From contig NC_042997.1 of NCBI RefSeq assembly GCF_006345805.1, forward strand, positions 29,450,001 to 29,514,000: a stretch of DNA of 64,000 nt, written 5' to 3'. The DNA comes from Octopus sinensis (lineage: Eukaryota). Positions 38,576 to 51,624 of this stretch are shown here, in pieces; position 1 is the first letter of the stretch; every line of letters begins with the position of its first letter. The notes under the pieces were generated by a model. The model worked only from the letters and a program-made list of their open reading frames with translations, did not search any database and was not told where the DNA came from. Made by a program: the position numbers and the translations under genes.

Positions 38576-39171
38576 CAATGTTCGTTCATTTTCTACTGGT
38601 TCATTTTTTTCTATGCATTCTTCTGATCTTCCCGTGTTTCATTTTCTCTCTCTTTCAAACTTCAAGCAACTACTGTGCATTCTTTTCCTTCATCTATTTC
38701 GGTCTTGTGTTTCTCTCTCCCAATCAATATCTGAAATTCCTGTTTGTGTCAAAAGGTTTTTAAAGTAGTCTTTGAATCTTATGTTGGGTTTGTGTGCTAG
38801 CTTTTAACATTCTTTCAGCTCACCATACAAAACTTGCTAAAGACATCTTCCATCATTCATTCCAACTCAGATGATTTGCAAAATGATCGATTCTTCACTC
38901 CTACTACAAATTCTCTCAAGTACCTCTACATCACTGATCGACAATGTTGATAAAATCGTTCAAGATACATCAAAGTTTTACGATAAATAACCCATGATCC
39001 AGTTCTATAGAGCAATGATGGCAGAATTTATGTGTTATAAACCTTAAATTTCGCTTGGATAGATATGCTATAGCGTGACCAGAGACGCTTGTAAAGCCTA
39101 ACAAATGAATCACTAGTTTTGCTGATTCTATATGAAATTACGTTATCAAGACCAGTAGTGGTTAGAGTACA

Positions 39172-39552
39172 TCTCTCTCTATATAAACGGCAGTTTGTCT
39201 GTGCGTGTTTCTGTGTGTCTGTTTTCTTGTACCCTCACCCTGACGACGGCTTTCAGCCGATTCTGATGAAACTTGACACACACATAGCCCAATGTCATAA
39301 TTTAAAACTAACACAGCGAAAAGTTTGAAAAGTTCCCCCAGTTCTGAAAAAAATCGATAAATTCGACATGGGGTCGAGAATCAGAAACACAAACCGCAAA
39401 ATGTCTAGGGGACGCAACTCCACCTTTTTTAACTAAAAAAAAAATTACCATCATTTTTTCCATCTTTTTGCTATTTTTTGGCTATAACTCTCTAAAAATG
39501 CTTTATAGTTATTTCCCTTAAAAACCTGAGCAACGCCGGGCGATACTGCTAG
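39172..39552 (+). mobile_element. Complete non-autonomous Helitron (about 380 bp)
   Basis: 5' A|TCTCTCTCTATATAAA. 3' GC-rich hairpin CCTGAGCAACGCCGGG (39525-39540) 12 nt before the CTAG|T end. Inserted between A and T with no TSD. Confidence 0.85.
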
Positions 39553-39776
39553 TCCTAAATATATGAATATGAAAGAAAATCTCATGAGTAGTCAATGGCC
39601 GTTCTACTAGGTGTGTGTATGTGTGTGTTGTTTGTTTGCGCGCACGATTTTCTGTGTTGTGTATGTATATTGTATATTTCATATTTATCATTTCATATTC
39701 CTTTTTATATATTTATATTCTATTATAATCCTCTTATATTCTTATATTCATATTTACGCACACACACACACACACA

Positions 39777-39819
<43 letters not shown>

Positions 39820-40559
39820 TATATATATACATATAATTCTTTTTATATATCTTTGATATTGTTTATATACATTTATTTTATTTATGTTTAAAAGGATTTT
39901 ACATTTTTATGTGTGTGTTTGTATTAATATAAGGAGTAGATGGTGCCTTGGTGAAGGCAATTTATTGAGGTCAAGGTAACCTTGAATTCAAATACTTCAC
40001 TCCTCTCTTGTGGTTAACATTGATCAGGTAAAGACCGAGAGAAAGATTTTCTGATGTGAAACCAGCGACTGCAAATGCAACTAATGATGTCGATTTGCTT
40101 TGTCTTATTTTTTTTTTTTTGTGTGGTGGTATCATGGTTTGCAGTTCAGAGAGTGGGATTAGTTCTGAGCAAACCTTTTCCTGATTCTAAAAAGTGTTGC
40201 TCAAAGGGAAAGGAATATGAAAACACACGTACACACGCACCCACGCATGTTCACGCGCACACATAAATATGTACGTGTGTGTGTCCATAAACATCATACA
40301 GTTACGTAATATACTGATTGCAAATTCTAATAACACGCCTTGTTTGAATCAAATAAAATATATGTTTCGTAACACTTTTGTTACAAATTGTAGTAGAACA
40401 TGATTTCCTCTGAAGTTATAGGCTGTGCCCATGGAAGGTACATGCCTTCCGAGAAAAATAAAAGGAAGGTAGGTAGCACTACTCTTGAAAATTTGTAGAT
40501 CGATGTACACAAGACGCACATTCTCGGGAGAAGATCAAAGGAATAAAGTTGTAGAAGAA

Positions 40560-40790
40560 GCAATGGTCACGTTAATTACTAAAGGTTGAAATGGACGACA
40601 TATAGCGAAAACCATTGGAAATCGTGATTGAGTCGGAGGTTTCTGGTATATGTTGACTCGGGTCCAACCAGAAATCAAGGATGGTATAAATAGCAGAGAG
40701 GTAGGAAAGCAGCATATCTTTAGATGAAAGGCTGGAATGCGATTTTGAGAAACTACATGACAATACCAAGAACAGCTTTATTTTTGCATC
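40560..40790 (+). pseudogene. Possible Tc1-like transposase N-terminal fossil
   Basis: MVTLITKG*NGRHIAKTIG...DERLE weakly resembles the Tc1 HTH and GRP..T..DER region. Confidence 0.3.
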
Positions 40791-41343
40791 TATTCAAGTA
40801 TAACTGTAACTTTAGAAACATCACCATTCTACATGTGAATGTTGTGTACCATAGTGTGTATCCCAACATTATTATTAGATTAAATTGGTCCATAAGACAT
40901 TGCCTCTTAAATACGAAACATAAAATATCTGATAGACACGAAATTCATTTGTCAATAATTCAGTGGGAGCACACGTTCTACGCTTCTAAGAGACTGTAGA
41001 CTATCATCAAGGATATTCCGTCATAGAATGTGGAAAACATCTTAGAAATATCCAATGTAAGATATATCAAAGAAAATATTGCGTCATAGAGTATAACGAT
41101 GGGTGTTAAATTCATAAATGATTGCGTGTGTAGTATGTTTGTATGTATATGTGTATGTACGTGTGTGTGTGTGTGCAATGTCAACGTTGCTCTGAAATAC
41201 TTTTATTCTATCAGTATCAGACGAAATTACAATTTCTCTATGGTTGTTTTCTCACCTTCGATGACATTAGACGTGAGTGTGCTCTCTCAAAGAAAATATT
41301 TGTATTTCACATTATATCAAAAATATAATTTCGATTGACGTAG

Positions 41344-41416
41344 ATTCTTTCGGAAATTGCACCTAAAAATACTGAGATTGATACTCTACTGGGTTTGAAA
41401 ACGGTTCAACTCTCTG
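41344..41416 (+). CDS. Candidate host exon (unidentified)
   Basis: TAG|ATT...CTCTCTG|GTGAGT, one open frame ILSEIAPKNTEIDTLLGLKTVQLS(G/D). The acceptor is weak. Confidence 0.2.
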
Positions 41417-42818
41417 GTGAGTAATAACCCGAAATCATTTGAAGTGCAGCCTCAAAGAATTTTCATAAATCAAACATAATGAGATCGATATCAAAACATC
41501 AGAGTTATCTTAGTTTTTTAATTCCTTGTGTAGTGTCTTTCTCTTTTGTTTTCTGTGACAAAATGCACGCTATTTCTTCATCATATTTATATACTTATGT
41601 ATTTCAAGACAAATTATTTGAAGCGGTACCACCAAATATCAATGTCATCATGATATACAACTTTCTAATGTACATCATAAGTTCTCTCTACGTATTTAAG
41701 GTTAAGGTACTGTCGTAATTTGAGGTTTTTCCATTTAATTTAATATAAATTTCCTCCTGTTAAGGCAACTACCAGTATTGGAAATCCAAATATAAATCGG
41801 ATGTTATATTGTAAAGAGGTAGTAAAAGAGAAATTTTAAATGTCAAACTTCTATATCCAGTATGTAAAAAAACTTTCAAAATATGTTTCAGAATGAGGAT
41901 AAAGGAAATATACTTAGCTGACATTTCGTTCATCATGATAATTTCATTAATTGAATTTGTGAGATGTATTTTGCAATATGGCACTGCCGAGATTTAATAA
42001 AGGTGGTACGCAAAAAAACGTTTATTCTACCATTTTTTTGTTTTAAATAAGAATATTATAGTTTTTTTTTTGTTTTTTTTTGCAATATTGAAACAAAGAA
42101 CATTTGTTGAAGTATACTGCTACAATACACTTCACAAGTAATGGTGTAAATAATACTAACCGAAATATAAACAAGTACAAGTGTTTACAATTCTAAATTA
42201 TATTACAGCATTTCAAGTTTCAAAACGCATTATCTTGAGAAAAATAAATACAATTTGCTTGCTACAGAGTAGAGAGTTTTTCAGATGTTTGCATCTTCCG
42301 GCATGCTTGGACATGTGCAAATTATAAAACAATATAGTTACCAATAAACACCTCTTACTTTACTTCTGTTCATTGGAATCGATATAGTCTTCTGACTCAG
42401 ATAGCCACTTTAATGCGCCATTGAAAAGCACATTACGTACTTGATAAGAATGATAATGATTAGTTGGTCACACTTGTAAATGATAGTCTGCATAAAGGTG
42501 AGGGTGCTGGTGATAATAACGCTACTGGTGATGATGATTATCAGTAGGATCGAGAGTAGTTGGAGTAGGATAAAGAGAACTAGAAGTAGAATTGAGAGTG
42601 AACGAAATGTAGAAATTCTCGGTAACTTTGGCAACTTTTCGTATTCTTTATGTATGTATGTATGTATGTATGTATGCATGTATGTATATATGTATGTATG
42701 TATATATGTATGTATGTGTGTATGTATGTATGTATGTGTATGTATGTATGTATGTATGTATGTATGTATGTATGTATGTATGTATGCATGTATGCATGTA
42801 TATATACATATATGTATG

Positions 42819-42850
<32 letters not shown>

Positions 42851-43747
42851 CGTACAGATTGATAGATAGATGAATGAATGGATGGATGTATTCTGTAAAG
42901 GAAATAAGTAAAATAAATTAATTAAGCGTACATACACTAGATATGTGAATGTTGTGGTTTTGCAAGTAAACGAGTTTAGACAACATATATCAGAATTATT
43001 TTACACTAAACACACATTAAGAGGTTTTATTGCTACAGGTTTTAATGCTTAAACGAATTGGCTGTATAGACGTATAGGGATATCAATAGATAGATAAATA
43101 AACAGACAGAGACAGGTAGATAGACTGACAGGCAGACAGACAGACAGACAGACAGACAGGCAGGCAGGCAGGCAGATAGACAGACAGATAGATAGACATG
43201 CAAATTTTGATTAACAAATAACCTTATTGTTGATCGCGCAGTCATTGTTCAGCGAACGCTTTCAGTTTCAAGGTTGTGCATCAGACTAGGTGTTTGTGTT
43301 CTTGTAGCCGAGTGGTCCAATTCAATCATCGTTCTGCGAAAGAAGATATACGTTGTTATGTGGCATCACCTCGGCGGTTCATTGTAGGTGTGTATCTTCT
43401 AGTAAAGTGTACCTTTATTATCCAGACATTTACTGCATTTGTACTTTCTGCTGGTATCTACGTTTCACTAGGCTATGCAAGAATGTTACAGTTTATTGAC
43501 GAAGCTTTCACTCGGTTTGTCAATAAAAAAGGGCTTCTAAAGTAAAACGTCGTTGAAAATGGACATTTAATTTGAAACATAGAGGTCAATCCCTGTCACA
43601 TTATTTGACTCGGCTGAAAATATTTCTGCTGAACTGTGGTTCTTATACTAGAGATATTTTCTCAGGGGGTAACCACACTATCTGAAGGTGCGATTTCTTA
43701 AACAGTTTCGAACTCTTTAGGAAGCATTACACATTAACAATTTTTAG

Positions 43748-43903
43748 ATCGCAAAGATACCGAAAAGTCGATAACGGTACAGCCTGCACCAGACGTACTT
43801 TATTATCCAGCTACCGCACACATGCTGCGAAAAGAAGTGCTACGTCATATTCGAATTATGCCCCAGAGATCACATACCATTCACAAACCATTTATGCAAA
43901 TAG
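43748..43903 (+). CDS. Candidate host exon (unidentified), 156 nt
   Basis: TTTTTAG|AT...ATAG|GTACAG. Length divisible by 3, CpG-rich for this window, and two frames open. Confidence 0.2.
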
Positions 43904-44649
43904 GTACAGAATAACAGCAACACACGATATCATAGACTAAACTATATTATTTTGATTCTTTCCAGAGATAAGTTTACAAAAATACACCATTTCAACATTA
44001 ACACATACACACACGCGCTCACACACATACTCGCACAGCCAATATTACATTTCTTATTCAGAACTCGGCAGCGGACTCAACCCAATTCCACTGGATTCCA
44101 ATGTAACATTCGCCTTGTGGGCGGATGAAACCTGTTTGTTTTTCAAAAAAGAGGTGGATAAGGATATATTTTTTTGTATCAGGATCTGTGCAACTGAAAA
44201 CGCTAAAGTACGTGAGCTAAAAGAGTAAAATCTTACCCGTGACTCAGGTAGATGTACATGCTAACAAACTTGTTACGGTTAAACTTTGAGAAGAAAATAC
44301 TTTTCAGCAGGATACGTACAGCGTTTCTTGGATTGTATATCGTACAGTATATACGATATACTGTACAATACGGTGCTATAGAAATATATAGATTTCACAT
44401 GACATCTGCTCATAACGCCAAACGTAAAAAGCAGAACCGCACCAAGAAGAACAAGCAGAAATCAAACCCTGGAGCGAACCGTGCTAGTCACAGCGAGTTT
44501 ATCAAGGAGAAATAGCAGAGAAAGTAGGAGACGTAAAAGAGAATAATAAAGAGAGGTTAAAGAAAGAAGCAAAATGATACTAATGGAAGCGAATTCAACA
44601 TCGTTCTACGGAGAAATGACTGAAAACCGATTAAGAGATATCGATATGT

Positions 44650-44880
44650 TTAAACGGAAACGTCGTGTTGAGACTCTTGTTACATACTGAACGACATATG
44701 CTGGATCAACTAATAGACAGCTTAATCGGAAAGACTCCGATAATCATCAAAATGAGCTTGAAACATAATAGCGCGTATACGGCTCCACAGCACAGAGTTG
44801 GAATCTGACCACCTGTCCTCACGTATATAAATACCTTGTGTCATGATGATCTGGATTTCGGAACATCTCAATAAATTACA
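44650..44880 (+). pseudogene. Possible PLE endonuclease 3' remnant
   Basis: TYAGSTNRQLNRK resembles GIY-YIG Y.G.T.R.L. Followed by STAQSWNL..CPHVYKYL, TATATAAATA and AATAAA. Confidence 0.35.
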
Positions 44881-44924
44881 ACTGCATTCAGGAAAACAAG
44901 GCCCTTTAGTTTGCTACTTTAGTT

Positions 44925-45080
44925 TATTTCATGGATGTGTGGTTAAGAAATTCTCTTTGTGACCATGTGGTTTCGTGTTCAGTTCATTGCGTGGCACGTT
45001 GGGTAATTATCATTTCTATAGCCTTGTGCTAATCAATGTCACGTGACGGGATTTGGTACGGGAACATTCTGAAAGCAATT
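44925..45080 (+). mobile_element. SINE family A 5' fragment, degenerate
   Basis: GTGTGGTTAAG...GTGTTCAGTTC.TTGCGTGGCACGTTGGG...CTATAGCC...GGATTTGGTA. Confidence 0.6.
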
Positions 45081-45183
45081 TCTTTGGTGGGGGGAGTGTT
45101 TGTATACTTACAAACACACATGTATGTATAGACATGTAGTAGATATGTATGTATGTATGTATATATATATATATATAATATAT

Positions 45184-45232
<49 letters not shown>

Positions 45233-46039
45233 TATATATATTTACATATATATATATCCTTAGACTGACAAAATTGATTGATAGTTTTAATCGATTTCCA
45301 AACCTTATTGGATCTTCAACAGAGTTGTCTACATCATTTTAACAAAACCCAGAAAAATAAGCAACCGTTTATTTTACTATTATTATTTGTTTTTGGGGTC
45401 TACATAAACTGAATAACTACGGAAAACTGGAGCTATTAATTTGCATACCGTCAGTGTTTAACACTGTACTTAATATCAACACGATGGCAACAGGGATCAC
45501 ATTCTACACAATATCAACGTAGAATATATGTAATCTATACAGTAGATATAAAAACAGAATAAATCTAACTGTTTCTCTTTAGACTGAAAAAGTAAGGAAC
45601 AACTTTAATCGATTTTCGAATCATACTAGGTTCTCATCAAAAGCATATCATCACTTTGACCTAGGTCTATGTATGCATAATTATGCGTGTATGTATGCGT
45701 AGCTGTGTGTATGTGTGCATATGTTCGTTTTGGGTTTTTTTCCCACGCACACACAGCTTGGGAAATGACGTCGTTTTGTGTACATCCTCGTAACTTAGCA
45801 GAGCGTTTGAATATTAGATTTAAGATTAAATTCCTGACTAGAAAATGTAGGTACTCTGGTGGGTTTGCCTGACTAAACTCTTGATGGTAGTGTCCCAGTA
45901 TGCCAATACTTGAATCTATGAAACATGTAAAACAAGATCTAAATTAAGTAAATATCTATAAATCTTTCGTTACATCCATTTATCTAATCTTGTTACGTAG
46001 TAAAAACTATGAAAACTATTAAACACAGGTCGTTGTTTT

Positions 46040-46256
46040 AACATGTTGTCGAGATTGAGAGCAAATCGCAGAACGTCCTCGACTCGCTTACGGAAAATCA
46101 CTTCCATGCCGAATTACAACACAGGCAGAAACGCTGGAATCGGTGTATTGCTGCAAAAGGTCTCTATTTCAAAGGAGATCATGTTAAAACTTTGGTAAAT
46201 AAGTTATTTTTTTCTTAAACATAAGAAGTCCGGGAACTTTTTCATACCACCTTGTA
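46040..46256 (+). pseudogene. mariner transposase 3' end with terminal-repeat-like end
   Basis: EIESKSQNVLDSLTENHFHAELQHRQKRWNRCIAAKGLYFKGD, then ...GTCCGGGAACTTTTTCATACCACCTTGTA. Confidence 0.75.
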
Positions 46257-46989
46257 CATTCACCAAAGTATTTTATAGAGATGCCGATAACTCTCCATTA
46301 CTTTGAATTGTTCAATTTTATACGACATTGAAAAAGATGTATACCAACTGATTGCTATTTTTTTAAATTTCGACTTTTACAGAAAAAAGAACAGTAAGGA
46401 ATGTCTCTTTATTTTACACAATTAATTCAATAGATATATTCTGGATAAAGAATGAATGAAAGACAAATTGTAATGATATTATTGTCAGTTTAAATCAATC
46501 TGATTATACAAATCATTCAGCGGTAATATATCTTTTTGTGTGCATAACAAAAAGTTATTATATGATGGTATACTGAAATATCATATAGAAGATGATATAG
46601 AAACAGTACACTTGTATAGACCTTTAACATAATGAATAGACAGGCATTATAGGGAGTTTTGCTAAGCTTGGCTGATTAATACATTTCGTGAGCAGAAGCT
46701 CTTTTCATGATGGCATGGTCGCATTTCTAATAGGTGGAGGACTTCTTTCTTTCAGAATCTTTTAACGTAGAAATTGGTGTAGAGTAGGGAGATATTTTTG
46801 AACCGATGATATACCCTATGTACGTTTAGGTTACCAATGCATTCCAAGATTAGGGAGAATGTGTATATATCCATTATAGAAGCACCGGTAAGGTTGTCAA
46901 CAAATACAATTACGTTTACCTTCCTAATAAGACATCCATAGTATGCAGGTGTCATGCTGCTACAAAAGCTTTAGGTTCACAATACGTTT

Positions 46990-47345
46990 GAACCAGCTTT
47001 CAACTCATATCATGAACGGGAGATTTTTCTTCAAAACACAGAACTGATTGTTGCAGAAAAATTTACATATCTTCGAAGTGTACTGAATTATGTTACTTCC
47101 TTAGCTAGTAAAGTAGGGAACCGTCTTCAAAAACATTCACAGGATTTCAAGGCAAGTTTGGTCTAATAGAGATATTACCAAAGTCACAAAGGTTGCACTA
47201 TATATGACCTGCGTGATTTAGTCCCTTCCTTACTCATGTAGGAGATGGATAGACTATAGGAAGCACCTCAAATTACTAGAGTGATTTCATCAGCGATCTT
47301 TGAGTTCTATGAGGAAAATCAAATAGGTTTACAAAATATCGAATT
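46990..47345 (+). pseudogene. RTE-clade LINE RT C-terminal fragment
   Basis: VAEKFTYLRSVL...SNRDITKVTKVALY..CV...YRKHLKLLE*FHQRSL matches the RTE FTYLGS...TK..VY...H.K.LE.FHQRCL pattern. Confidence 0.7.
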
Positions 47346-47496
47346 CCGAAGTACTTGAGTCGGCAAATGTGGATGGCATTGAAACACAAATTAACCCACA
47401 TGGTTCAGCCTTGAGTCCGTGTCTTCTACCATAGCCTCGGAAGACCAAACCCTTTTAAGCTGATTTGCTGGACAGAGACTGAAAGAAGTTCATCGT

Positions 47497-47800
47497 ATAT
47501 ATAGGAGACCCCCTTCGGTTATGAATAACCATGGAATGCACCTACAAAGTTACCCTCCGAGGCACACATGTCCGAGCAAGATTGTTTGTGGAAGGCTATG
47601 CATACCAGCCGTCCCTCTCCACACCACTGATGTTATCCAAGGGAAAGGCAAAGTGATATCGCAAATCATTCCTACAGGTGAGTTAACTGGAGCAAAGTGA
47701 AATAAAGTATCTTGCTCAAGTATACGCAGACTGGTCTGATAATCGAACTCACAACCTCACGATCGTAAGCTCGATGCTCTAACCACTGAGTCATGCGCTT
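47497..47800 (-). mobile_element. tRNA-derived SINE (family B), near full length
   Basis: Minus strand: GCGCATGACTCAGTGGTTAGAGCATCGAGCTTACGATCGTGAGGTTGTGAGTTCGATT (A and B boxes). The body ends ...TTCATAACCGAAGGGGGTCTCC. Confidence 0.75.
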
Positions 47801-48076
47801 TTACACCGTATATATATATATATATATATATATATACCAATTAAGGACTGAACACGAGAAGTGGACAGTCAACATGCTAGATATAGACGTCAAATCGCCA
47901 TTCACCACAAAAGATTATGTTCTCAGATCAAACTCAACAAAAGATTATATAAAAATAGAAATGCAATACGAGAGTATTGCTTTCCAGTAGAGGATAGCCC
48001 GTGAGGGTAAAATTATACATAAAAGTAAATAAATATCGGTGCTTCGTTGTACCATTTATTTACTTTTATGTATATA

Positions 48077-48162
<86 letters not shown>

Positions 48163-48198
48163 TTATTTATATGAGTGTGTGTGTATGTATGTATGTAT

Positions 48199-49585
48199 GT
48201 CATTGAATCTATGTTCCTCCCCTAGCTACCGTTTGACAACCGGTGATGGTCTGTTTACCTTTCTGTAACTAGCATTTGGGAAAGAGTAAGCGATAGAATA
48301 TGTACTAGACTTTAGGGAAAATATGTCCGGAGGTCGATTTGTTCGATTAAAATCCTACAAAGGCAGTGCCCTACTATCGCCGCAGGGAAATGAGTGAAAC
48401 AAGTAAAAGATGAAAGATATATGTATGCAGCAGCTGGAATGTATATATTCATAGATCTCTTCAATTTTCTCGTATCTGGGTAAAACGACAACGGCGTCAT
48501 ATTTTTGAAAATATTATTCCAGTAAAATAATCTAGTATAGTTTATATGAAATTAAATCCCAAGTCAGTTGTGGTTGCTTATTGCTTATTTGTTTCATTGA
48601 TTGTAGGAATGGAAACTTCGGAGGAATAAGTTTGTGCCACGTAGCTAAATGCTGATCTATGAGGGATATTATAAACCCGCTTAATTGTAAATGATTAATA
48701 GGAATATAAAATGACTCGGATACTCAAAGTATGCATATTGTACACTTCTCGTATGTTAATCAAAGATGATTTCATTGATATTAAATCTTAGAATAATATA
48801 AAACAATTAAAGGCCTACATTTCCTTATTTATACAAAAGCACACATACATGCATACTAATGTATGTATGTATGTATGTATGTATGTATGTATGTATGTAT
48901 GTATACATGTATGTATGTATGTATGTCATTGAATCTATGTTCCTCCCCTAGCTACCGTTTCACAACCGGTGATGGTCTGTTTACCTTTCTGTAAACTAGC
49001 ATTTGGGAAAGAGTAAGCGATAGAATATGTACTAGACTTTAGGGAAAATATGTCCGGAGGTCGATTTGTTCGATTAAAATCCTACAAGGCAGTGCCCTAC
49101 TATCGCCGCAGGGAAATGAGTGAAACAAGTAAAAGATGAAAGATATATGTATGCAGCAGCTGGAATGTATATATTCATAGATCTCTTCAATTTTCTCGTA
49201 TCTGGGTAAAACGACAACGGCGTCATATTTTTGAAAACTATTATTCCAGTAAAATAATCTAGTATAGTTTATATGAAATTAAATCCCAAGTCAGTTGTGG
49301 TTGCTTATTGCTTATTTGTTTCATTGATTGTAGGAATGGAAACTTCGGAGGAATAAGTTTGTGCCACGTAGCTAAATGCTGATCTATGAGGGATTATTAT
49401 AAACCCGCTTAATTGTAAATGATTAATAGGAATATAAAATGACTCGGATACTCAAAGTATGCATATTGTACACTTCTCGTATGTTAATCAAAGATGATTT
49501 CATTGATATTAAATCTTAGAATAATATAAAACAATTAAAGGCCTACATTTCCTTATTTATACAAAAGCACACATACATGCATACT
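48199..49585. repeat. Near-identical tandem duplication, unit about 727 bp
   Basis: 48199-48857 is repeated at 48925-49585. All three junctions lie in (ATGT)n. The unit includes the 3' half of a family A SINE. Confidence 0.92.
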
Positions 49586-49634
49586 ACATGTATGTATGTA
49601 TGTATGTATGTATGTATGTATGTATGTATGTATG

Positions 49635-49665
<31 letters not shown>

Positions 49666-49706
49666 GTATGTATGTGTACGCGTATGTGTGTATGTATATA
49701 TACATA

Positions 49707-49747
<41 letters not shown>

Positions 49748-49749
49748 TA

Positions 49750-49790
<41 letters not shown>

Positions 49791-49819
49791 TATATACGTA
49801 GATAGACGTACAGACAGAG

Positions 49820-49850
<31 letters not shown>

Positions 49851-49947
49851 GACTTGGTGCAGGCATCACTGTGTTGTTAAGAAACTCAATTTGAGAACTC
49901 GAGATTTTGGGTTAAGTCCCATTTTCGGTCATTTGTGTAAATGTCTT

Positions 49948-50171
49948 ATTTTGCCCACAAGGGGCTAAACACAGAGGGGACAAACAAGGACAGACAAAAG
50001 GATTAAGTCGTTTGCATCGACCCCAGTGCATAACTGGTACTCAATTTATCGACCCCGGAAGGATGAACGGTAAAGTCGACCTCAGCGGAATTTAAACTCA
50101 GAACATAACAGAAGACGAAATACCGCTAAGTATTTCGCTCAGCGCGCTAACGTTTCTGCCAGCTCGCCGCC
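49948..50171 (-). mobile_element. SINE family C (Deu/Nin-like central domain) nested in a family A SINE head, with TSD
   Basis: Minus strand GGCGGCGAGCTGGCAGAAACGTTAGC...GAGTTTAAATTCC...CATCCTTCCGGGGTCGATAAATTGAGTACC. TSD TTGTGTAAATGTCTT (49933-49947) / TTGGGTAAATGTCTT (50172-50186). Confidence 0.88.
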
Positions 50172-50299
50172 TTGGGTAAATGTCTTCTACTATGCACTTT
50201 AGACCGGAGATCAAACTGAATATGTAGTTAAAAACTGTGTGAAAGCCTTTTGTGAACAGATATATATATATAAAATTATTATTTCTAAGTCTCTCTAAA

Positions 50300-50745
50300 G
50301 GAGACTAGGCAGCGGTACTGGATATTAATAGATATCGCCAAGCTAATATGGCAGTCCATAAATATAGGACGAAATTAAGGGCAGCTACCTCCGCCCTCCC
50401 TTTCAGGTCCTGGCTATGTGGCCCATCCTGCACGAAACCTCAGCCCAGTTCTTCTCTGACTGGAGGTCCGGACCAAACCAGAACCCTAACAACTTAACAG
50501 AGACCTCCGTCCAACGTCTGAAGGCATCTACTTGCCCCTCCATGTACCGAGTTGCAAGCCGACTGATTTTTTCTGACTATTCTTTGCTCCTGTCACCTTC
50601 TCGTAAACCCCAATGGCCTCTCTTACTCTCTGGAGTTTCTCCATTTTGATCATGACGGTGATGTCATTTGCATAAGCTTAAACCGACTCTCCACTGCCTG
50701 GTTCTCTCGGGACGCCACCCAACTTCCGCAGTAACGGCTCAAGAG
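50300..50745 (-). pseudogene. Tx1/L1-like LINE RT fragment
   Basis: LLYVMALEPLLRKL...AYANDITVM...YEKVTGAK...KSVGLQLGTWRG...VKLLGFWFGPDLQSEKNW. Confidence 0.8.
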
Positions 50746-51199
50746 CCATCACGTAAAGAAGCAGTGAGATAAATAATGCGTCAATCCAACAATAAATCAA
50801 CAGAGTTCCAACAATGCAATGAACAATATATTTAACAAAAAACTTTAACAACCCTCATTTTATTAAATACAACAAAAATATCTCAAAAAACCCCAGGACA
50901 GAGCAAAGTATAAGCGTATAATCATTTCTATACAACAATTAAATAAGAAATTAAGAGGGTTGACGTGTGAGCCTTTAACAAATCGTGTAAATAATAGCCT
51001 ATTGGAATATTCATTGTGTATTGATATATATTTTTAACCATACTACAACAAGAGAGCTGTAATTTAAGATAAAAGATTTGTATATAAGTATTCATAGGAT
51101 CTAATCCAGGTCATATTTAAAAACTATTAATTATAAAGTTGAATGAATTGCTAAATATTTAAGCTTACAACATACTAAGACATCTGTAATTTTATTTAA

Positions 51200-51600
51200 T
51201 TATATGTTTTTATTTCTATTAAAAGTATATATTATGCTACTCAATTCCTTTAGGCAAATCCTACAAGATTTTGTATCGTGTTGATTCAGTAACTATCGAC
51301 TACCTTAAATTATTCTCAATGTTAGTCTCTGAGATGGTTAATGCATGGTCATAGAGGTGTTTATATTTGGGTTAATATATGAATTCTTGTGACCCATATA
51401 TCTATTTTTAAAATCAATAGTACTACCTACATGAATTTTCCAGTCTCGTATAATATATTGTACTATCTTCGCACTTATATATTAAAGGACATGATTCCTG
51501 GGAATAGGAGTTACAAGCTTATTTAAGGACTTAGTAGTGATACTCCTATCTGCTATATCAATACTACAATTTGCTTCTCTAGAAACTAGCCCCATAAGAT
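51200..51600 (-). pseudogene. PLE GIY-YIG remnant
   Basis: Minus strand KIHVGSTIDFKNRYMGHKNSY...CRICLKE. Confidence 0.6.
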
Positions 51601-51624
51601 GTTTATTTAAACTCCATCTTGGGA

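Noticed and set aside
43270-43390. Candidate exons on either strand (TTCTTGTAG| on plus, TTCTTTCGCAG| on minus)
   Set aside because: The strands conflict, the frames end in stops or have weak donors, and there is no homology.
44252-44515. Basic ORF ending MTSAHNAKRKKQNRTKKNKQKSNP as a viral capsid-like N-terminus
   Set aside because: Short, A-rich compositional effect with no downstream capsid-like sequence.
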